DNA from: Clostridia bacterium
Lineage (GTDB): Bacteria > Bacillota > Clostridia > Oscillospirales > Acutalibacteraceae
Length of the DNA: 29,889 nt
Reading direction: 5' to 3'
NCBI GenBank assembly: GCA_017381395.1
Contig: JAFOCH010000095.1
Location: forward strand, 1-29,889
Positions 24,979 through 29,889 of the stretch are shown here, piece by piece. Position 1 is the stretch's first letter, and each line of letters begins with the position of its first letter. The notes below the pieces were generated by a model. That model saw only the letters and a list, made by a program, of their open reading frames with translations. It was not told the DNA's origin and searched no databases. The translations under genes were made by a program, and so were the position numbers.

Positions 24979-26421
24979 ATGTACGATGTTTCAAAGATAT
25001 GGCCAAAATGGAAAATTAACAGAACGATCGGAGAAGGCAGCTTCGGTAAGGTTTATGAAATCAGTAGGAATGAGTATGGGATCGAAGAGCATTCAGCGCT
25101 GAAAATTATTTCTATTCCTCAATCTGACGGAGAAATACAGTCGTTAAAGAGCGAGGGCATGAATGACATTGACACTACTGAATATTTCAAGGGCATTGTA
25201 AATGATTTTATTCAGGAAATTCAGCTGATGACCAAGCTCAAAGGCAGCTCGAATATCGTTGCCTACGAGGACTTTGCCGTAGTGGAAAAGACGGGTTCAA
25301 TCGGCTTCGATATACTAATCAGAATGGAATTGTTGACCGGTCTGCCAAGCTATCTCAGAGAAAATCGTTTCAGAGTATATGACGTAATACAGCTTGGTAT
25401 TGATATGTGCAAGGCACTTGAAGTTTGTCGAGACCTCAATATTGTGCATCGCGATATAAAGCCGGACAATATTTTCGTTTCCTCGACCGGCAAATTTAAG
25501 CTGGGCGATTTTGGCGTTGCACGTACTATTGAAAAAACGATGGCGGGACTTTCCAGAAAAGGTACGTACAGCTATATGGCGCCGGAAATTTATAATGGCA
25601 ACGAATACGGATTTGAAGCGGATATTTATTCATTGGGCATAGTACTTTATAAGCTGCTCAATAATAATCGTGATCCCTTCCTTCCGCAGTATCCTAATGC
25701 CGTTAAATACAGCGACAAGATGGATGCAATGGTAAAGCGCATTCAGGGTCTCGAAATGCCGCTTCCCGTCAACGCTGATGAAAAATTGGCGCAAATAATA
25801 TTCAAGGCGTGTGCCCATAATCCGTTGGAAAGATACTCTCATCCAAAGGATTTACGAGACGACCTTGAATCAATAGCATTGAGATATGTTGAATTGCAGA
25901 GTGAAGTTTTTTCAGTAGCGGGAATAAATTATTACACCAACGACCTGCTTGTAAGTGTAGAGTTAACCGGCGACAGCTCGTCAAAAAGTGTTTCGGTTGC
26001 CGAAAAAGCAACTGCTATCACCGACCAAGCAGTAAATAACTCCGTAAACGATGAAGCAACTGGCGTCGTAGAAGACGAAGCAACTTGCATCGAAAACGAT
26101 GATAAAGTTGCACCTGTCGAAATTGAAGATGAAGGAACAATGGTTCTTTTCGATAATCATGAGGAATCTGACCTCAATAAAAAAGAAGAAGCACCTAAAA
26201 ACATCATTTATGCTCAAAAAATCAGTCAACCCAAGCCCATGCAAAAGGAAGCTCTAAAATGTCCGGTATGCAATAATATCATTAAATCGGGCAATAAGTT
26301 CTGTGGTCATTGCGGAAACAATTTGGAAGCTAAAAAAGTACCGGCTACAGTTTGTCCTCGTTGTGGATTTAGTATGAAACCCGGGGTAAAATTCTGTGGC
26401 AAGTGCGGCTTTAAATTTTAA
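24979..26421 (+). CDS. Hanks-type Ser/Thr protein kinase, soluble, with C-terminal double zinc ribbons
   Basis: GEGSFGKVY, ALK, HRDIKPDN, DFG, GTYSYMAPE, DIYSLG. C-terminus CPVC..FCGHCG..CPRCG..FCGKCG, no TM. RBS AGGAAGG before ATG 24979. Confidence 0.95.
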   Translation: MYDVSKIWPKWKINRTIGEGSFGKVYEISRNEYGIEEHSALKIISIPQSDGEIQSLKSEGMNDIDTTEYFKGIVNDFIQEIQLMTKLKGSSNIVAYEDFAVVEKTGSIGFDILIRMELLTGLPSYLRENRFRVYDVIQLGIDMCKALEVCRDLNIVHRDIKPDNIFVSSTGKFKLGDFGVARTIEKTMAGLSRKGTYSYMAPEIYNGNEYGFEADIYSLGIVLYKLLNNNRDPFLPQYPNAVKYSDKMDAMVKRIQGLEMPLPVNADEKLAQIIFKACAHNPLERYSHPKDLRDDLESIALRYVELQSEVFSVAGINYYTNDLLVSVELTGDSSSKSVSVAEKATAITDQAVNNSVNDEATGVVEDEATCIENDDKVAPVEIEDEGTMVLFDNHEESDLNKKEEAPKNIIYAQKISQPKPMQKEALKCPVCNNIIKSGNKFCGHCGNNLEAKKVPATVCPRCGFSMKPGVKFCGKCGFKF

Positions 26422-26440
26422 TGTGTAAGGAAAAAATGAT

Positions 26441-27160
26441 ATGTTGAATTATGCTTCGATAACAAACTCCGGCGGCAGAATGCTTAACGAGGATTGTTTA
26501 AAAATATCATGCGTTTCTAATCGACATTGTTTTGTTGTTTGTGATGGACTTGGTGGACATGATTCAGGAAACGTTGCTTCACAAATAGCAGCCAACTCAT
26601 TTGTTGACGAGCTTTATTATTGCGAGGATTTGTCCGAGTATTTATTAAAGGCGTTTGATATTGCTCAAAAGCAGGTTTTGCTCCGTCAAAAAGAAAATGA
26701 TGCGAATAAAGAAATGAAAACAACGGCTGTTTGTTTGGTTACTGATGAAGATACCTTTCAGGTTGGTCATGTTGGCGATTCGAGATTTTACGGGTTTAAA
26801 AATGACGGAACCTATATACGCACCTTAGACCATAGTATGCCTCAGTTGTTGGTTCAATCGAATACCATCACCGAAGCTGAAATCCGCAAACATCCCAGCC
26901 GAAATATGCTTTTAAAGGCGATTGGTGATGAAAGTAATGAACAGTTGTGTGATTTATCCGACCATTTGCCTTTAAGTGATTTTCGCGCATTCCTTTTGTG
27001 TTCGGACGGCTTTTGGGAGCTGGTTGATGAGGATGAAATGTTATTCACCTTATCCCAAAGCAGCTCTCCGCAGGAATGGCTGGATAAAATGAGCGAAATT
27101 ATCACCGGCAAGGCAAACGACATCAGCGACAATTATTCTGCAATAGCGATTATTATTTAA
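26441..27160 (+). CDS. PP2C/PPM-family Ser/Thr phosphatase
   Basis: GGR..NED, VVCDGLGGH, HVGDSRFY, LLCSDGFWE, DNYSAI. Confidence 0.95.
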   Translation: MLNYASITNSGGRMLNEDCLKISCVSNRHCFVVCDGLGGHDSGNVASQIAANSFVDELYYCEDLSEYLLKAFDIAQKQVLLRQKENDANKEMKTTAVCLVTDEDTFQVGHVGDSRFYGFKNDGTYIRTLDHSMPQLLVQSNTITEAEIRKHPSRNMLLKAIGDESNEQLCDLSDHLPLSDFRAFLLCSDGFWELVDEDEMLFTLSQSSSPQEWLDKMSEIITGKANDISDNYSAIAIII

Positions 27161-27261
27161 CGAAAAATTGGCGTAGTATTGCAGATAATGTTAAAAATAT
27201 GGTTTTGTTTTCAGTAGCGGCGCTTATGTCAATGCGATGCCCTGATAAAAATATAAAAAAT

Positions 27262-27300
27262 AACTCCTCTTACTGAATTTATCAGCGAGAGGAGTTTTTT
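27262..27300. terminator. Bidirectional terminator
   Basis: AACTCCTCT-N17-AGAGGAGTT with a T-run on the right and an A-run on the left, between convergent genes. Confidence 0.8.
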
Positions 27301-27357
27301 TGTTTAAACCAATCGAGCGATAATAAGGTTTAATCAGTATATATTTAATTTCGCTTT

Positions 27358-27591
27358 TTAGTATTGTTTTACCTTGGTGATACATGTTTCGCATAAAGAA
27401 AGAGCGTCATTCACATTTTTAGGCGAGCCGCAAATTTTACATTTCGGGGTTATAATCTCGATGGTTAGCTTGCCATCACTTTCACATAACAAAATCTTTG
27501 TACCGGTATCGATATTCATTCTCTTACGAATTTCTTTTGGCAGCACAATTCTTCCTAATTTATCGACAGTTTTAGTGATTTCGGAAGCCAT
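27358..27591 (-). CDS. AbrB/MazE/SpoVT-family DNA-binding protein with C-terminal Cys cluster
   Basis: KTVDKLGRIVLPKEIRKRMNI, followed by CKICG...LCETC; RBS AAAGGA. Confidence 0.9.
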   Translation of the reverse strand: MASEITKTVDKLGRIVLPKEIRKRMNIDTGTKILLCESDGKLTIEIITPKCKICGSPKNVNDALSLCETCITKVKQY

Positions 27592-27615
27592 CTGTTTATC
27601 ATCCTTTTATGCAAT

Positions 27616-28110
27616 TTATTTTTTACACAATATTTCTACGCAGTTATCGAAATCGTAATTAAGTTTAACAAAAGAAATTTCCACACCAAACAATTCGAGA
27701 GCCAAATTAACGTAATTTTTAAAGTTAATTTCTTTAGTAATAGAGATATATGTAATTGTGAATTTGTTGTATTCGGTGTTTTTAATGCCCATTATTTTTA
27801 TGTATTCGTTATTATCAAACGCATTTTTGCAATGAGCCAAGATTTCCGAAGAAAAATCATCTGTTTCATACGAAAGACGTTGTTTCTTTGGCTTTGCGAC
27901 AAAATAAGAACAATTTTTTTCTTTACAATTATGCTGTTTAATTAAATCGGCTGTTAAAAAGCCGGGATGCTCATCATATTGACAGTAACCCAGACATTTA
28001 TTTCTACCGGTTATACGCCCGTCAATACATATACGCGTAAATTTGTTGGGGCTTTTTTTCTCGAAAGATGCATACTTATCTACTTCGGTTGTGTAAATCA
28101 AATTACCCAT
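27616..28110 (-). CDS. Hypothetical protein with Cys/His cluster
   Basis: 164-aa ORF, RBS AGGGG, motif CLGYC..DEHPG......KQHNC.EKNC; likely co-transcribed with the AbrB-like gene. Confidence 0.75.
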   Translation of the reverse strand: MGNLIYTTEVDKYASFEKKSPNKFTRICIDGRITGRNKCLGYCQYDEHPGFLTADLIKQHNCKEKNCSYFVAKPKKQRLSYETDDFSSEILAHCKNAFDNNEYIKIMGIKNTEYNKFTITYISITKEINFKNYVNLALELFGVEISFVKLNYDFDNCVEILCKK

Positions 28111-28221
28111 AAAAATCCCCTTATTCTATAATTTTGTATTATAATTTTATCACAGATAGGTAGACAAGTATTGTTTTTTTATGCTCATTTTTCGACAATA
28201 AGAGTTTCCGAGAAATAAAAT

Positions 28222-28250
28222 TTGACAATTTTTTCAAGTTTTTTTATAAT
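28222..28250 (+). promoter_or_regulatory. Consensus sigma-A promoter
   Basis: TTGACA-N17-TATAAT upstream of 28354. Confidence 0.85.
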
Positions 28251-28353
28251 AAAATAAAGATGGTTTATTGCGCTATTGTTAATTTTTGTACATAAAAACA
28301 CAATTCAAAATAATTTGTATATTGTATAATTGTTTTTGAAAGGGTGAAAAAGA

Positions 28354-29268
28354 ATGAATGCAGAACAAAAGTATAATAGGATAATAGATTTTATCGAAGA
28401 AGAAATTGCAAAAGGACTAAACCAAAAAGCACGCGATATATTATCAGAAATAAAAAAGGAATTCTGCATTGATCAACGCAGTTTAAGCGGAATATTTGAT
28501 TTTTTAACAGGGATGCCGGTTGTTTCATATATAAAAATGCGACAACTGATGAAGGCGGCAGAGGTTGTTTTATCAGGCGGCAGTAATCAAGATGCTATCA
28601 AATATACCGGTTTTAATGACGAATCCAGTTTTATTAAAGCTTTTGGCAGAGAGTTTTCTTGTTCGCCCGGTAATTTTGCGGAACGAAAAAATGTGGAAAT
28701 AAAAAAGTCGATAACCTGGGTAGATATTACGGATAGTGTGCAAAAAGCTTCGGATAAAAAACAAACGCCTGTTCAGATGAAATTCGGCATTCCCATAGAT
28801 ACGTATAAAAAAATTCTTGAAGCGGAGAATATGCAGCTTCTTTACGGATTTGATGATGAAGCAAGCAACGTCGCATACAAAATAGCAGAGAGATTTAACG
28901 CAGAGGTAGCGGATGCGTTTGAGTTGGTGGATCAGCTTATAATAATGTTTGAAGATAAACGACCATTTATTGATGATTACGATAATTGGATAAAGATGTG
29001 TGACGAACTGATCGGTTTTTATTTTAAGCTGGAGAACGTATCGTTTAATAATGCAATTGATATATTTGCGGGTATAAAAGCAAAAGGGATCGAAAATCTC
29101 AGCCAAGAGGATTATGAAAGGTTATCAGAAAACCCGTATGTTTTTTGGGAGCCGACATACTTAAATACGTTCGGATATGAATCTTCTCAGACGGATAGCG
29201 GGTTAGACGGTTATGAGGACTCCTTTAACTCGTATGAGGCGTATAAATCATACAATCCGTATAAATAA
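28354..29268 (+). CDS. AraC-family regulator with N-terminal HTH pair and unassigned acidic C-terminal domain
   Basis: RSLSGIFDFLTGMPVVSYIKMRQLMKAA...TGFNDESSFIKAFGREFSCSPG matches the AraC HTH signature. Confidence 0.85.
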   Translation: MNAEQKYNRIIDFIEEEIAKGLNQKARDILSEIKKEFCIDQRSLSGIFDFLTGMPVVSYIKMRQLMKAAEVVLSGGSNQDAIKYTGFNDESSFIKAFGREFSCSPGNFAERKNVEIKKSITWVDITDSVQKASDKKQTPVQMKFGIPIDTYKKILEAENMQLLYGFDDEASNVAYKIAERFNAEVADAFELVDQLIIMFEDKRPFIDDYDNWIKMCDELIGFYFKLENVSFNNAIDIFAGIKAKGIENLSQEDYERLSENPYVFWEPTYLNTFGYESSQTDSGLDGYEDSFNSYEAYKSYNPYK

Positions 29269-29346
29269 TCTGCAAATGAATGCGCAAATACAAAACACAT
29301 ATTAAAATTTAGCGATATTATGTCGCTTAAAAAAGGAGAGGTTGTA

Positions 29347-29664
29347 ATGGAAAAGTACTTTGACACCGAGAGCTATATGCAGGGGTTTGAATACGAGCCA
29401 CCTGAACCCACCGAAGATGATTTTTTGGAACCTGATTTTTTGGAGGATGAGTTTTTAAATGAGCAGGAGTCGGATGAATACCAAATTATGCAGCTTGAAG
29501 CCGAGTTTGCGCAGGAAGCCGAAATTGAGTTAGCAATGGCAATGAATACGTTGGAGGATTTAATAATTCAAAGCGGCACATTATATAATCAGCTTTTGGA
29601 TTTATATAAAAGAACGGGTCGAGACGTTAACCAATTAAAAATAAAGCATCCGGAATTAAAATAA
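29347..29664 (+). CDS. Small acidic hypothetical protein
   Basis: RBS AAAGGAGAGG before ATG 29347; Glu/Asp-rich N-terminus, helical C-terminus. Confidence 0.65.
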   Translation: MEKYFDTESYMQGFEYEPPEPTEDDFLEPDFLEDEFLNEQESDEYQIMQLEAEFAQEAEIELAMAMNTLEDLIIQSGTLYNQLLDLYKRTGRDVNQLKIKHPELK

Positions 29665-29697
29665 ACGATTTTTGGTCGAAATTGAATTAAAATAAAA

Positions 29698-29728
29698 AAA
29701 GCGAGGAGGAAAATTTCTTTCTCGCTTT
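29698..29728 (+). terminator. Terminator-like hairpin
   Basis: AAAGCGAG-N15-CTCGCTTT after the stop at 29664. Confidence 0.6.
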
Positions 29729-29744
29729 GAAATTTTAATAAATC

Positions 29745-29774
29745 TTGAAAAAAATGTACCAAATTCGGTACAAT
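29745..29774 (+). promoter_or_regulatory. Probable promoter with palindromic operator
   Basis: TTGAAA-N18-TACAAT; TGTACC-N6-GGTACA at 29755-29772. Confidence 0.6.
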
Positions 29775-29777
29775 AAA

Positions 29778-29889
29778 GGTGTTATGATGTAATCATAAAC
29801 CGCCAAGCCCTTTTCAGTAGCGTACAGCTTGAAGCAATTCAAGACGGGCAGCGAGTCGCTGTCTGAGGTTTTTGATGGCCCGTATCCGC
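29778..29889 (+). ncRNA. Candidate structured RNA/leader, truncated by the window edge, family not recognised
   Basis: Consecutive hairpins immediately after a promoter: TTATGAT/ATCATAA, CTTGAA/TTCAAG within GCCC/GGGC, CAGCGA/TCGCTG. Confidence 0.35.

Noticed and set aside
28191-28197. Spo0A boxes (TGTCGAA here on the minus strand and at 6945-6951)
   Set aside because: Suggestive near an AbrB-like operon, but a single 7-mer is expected several times by chance in 30 kb, and no tandem boxes are present.

Overview
AT-rich DNA from a monoderm clostridial organism, probably Oscillospiraceae/Ruminococcus-like (dockerin, sortases, sigma-A promoters). The window has no housekeeping genes and looks entirely accessory. 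A 266-bp direct repeat (4089-4354 and 19840-20105, 17 mismatches by my count, no indels) punctuates it. Each copy contains GTGGTCA/GGGGTCAAAA integrase-arm-like motifs and the 3' half of a tRNA-Trp(CCA) starting at the anticodon loop. In both copies the TT of the T-loop is replaced by a 112-nt GC-rich structured insert. A matching right-hand arm occurs at 6612-6772 and 20106-20232. This layout fits a tandem array of islands integrated at tRNA-Trp, but no integrase is present in the window. The cargo units are: (i) 1-3698, a zinc-ribbon membrane protein pair plus an LRR-OmpA lipoprotein with one in-frame TGA, followed by an IS200 remnant; (ii) 4357-6600, palindromic repeats and a two-gene cassette inside 22-bp inverted repeats; (iii) 7166-19678, a sortase pilus locus (LepB-like protein with the catalytic Lys replaced by Arg, three LPxTG-type pilins, two sortases) and a 1374-aa RCC1/dockerin protein; (iv) 20465-27160, a domain-shuffled paralogue of unit (i) extended by a Ser/Thr kinase and a PP2C phosphatase. 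AbrB-like and AraC-like regulators and a possible structured RNA at the right edge follow. All family calls come from motif recognition by eye; no database searches were run.
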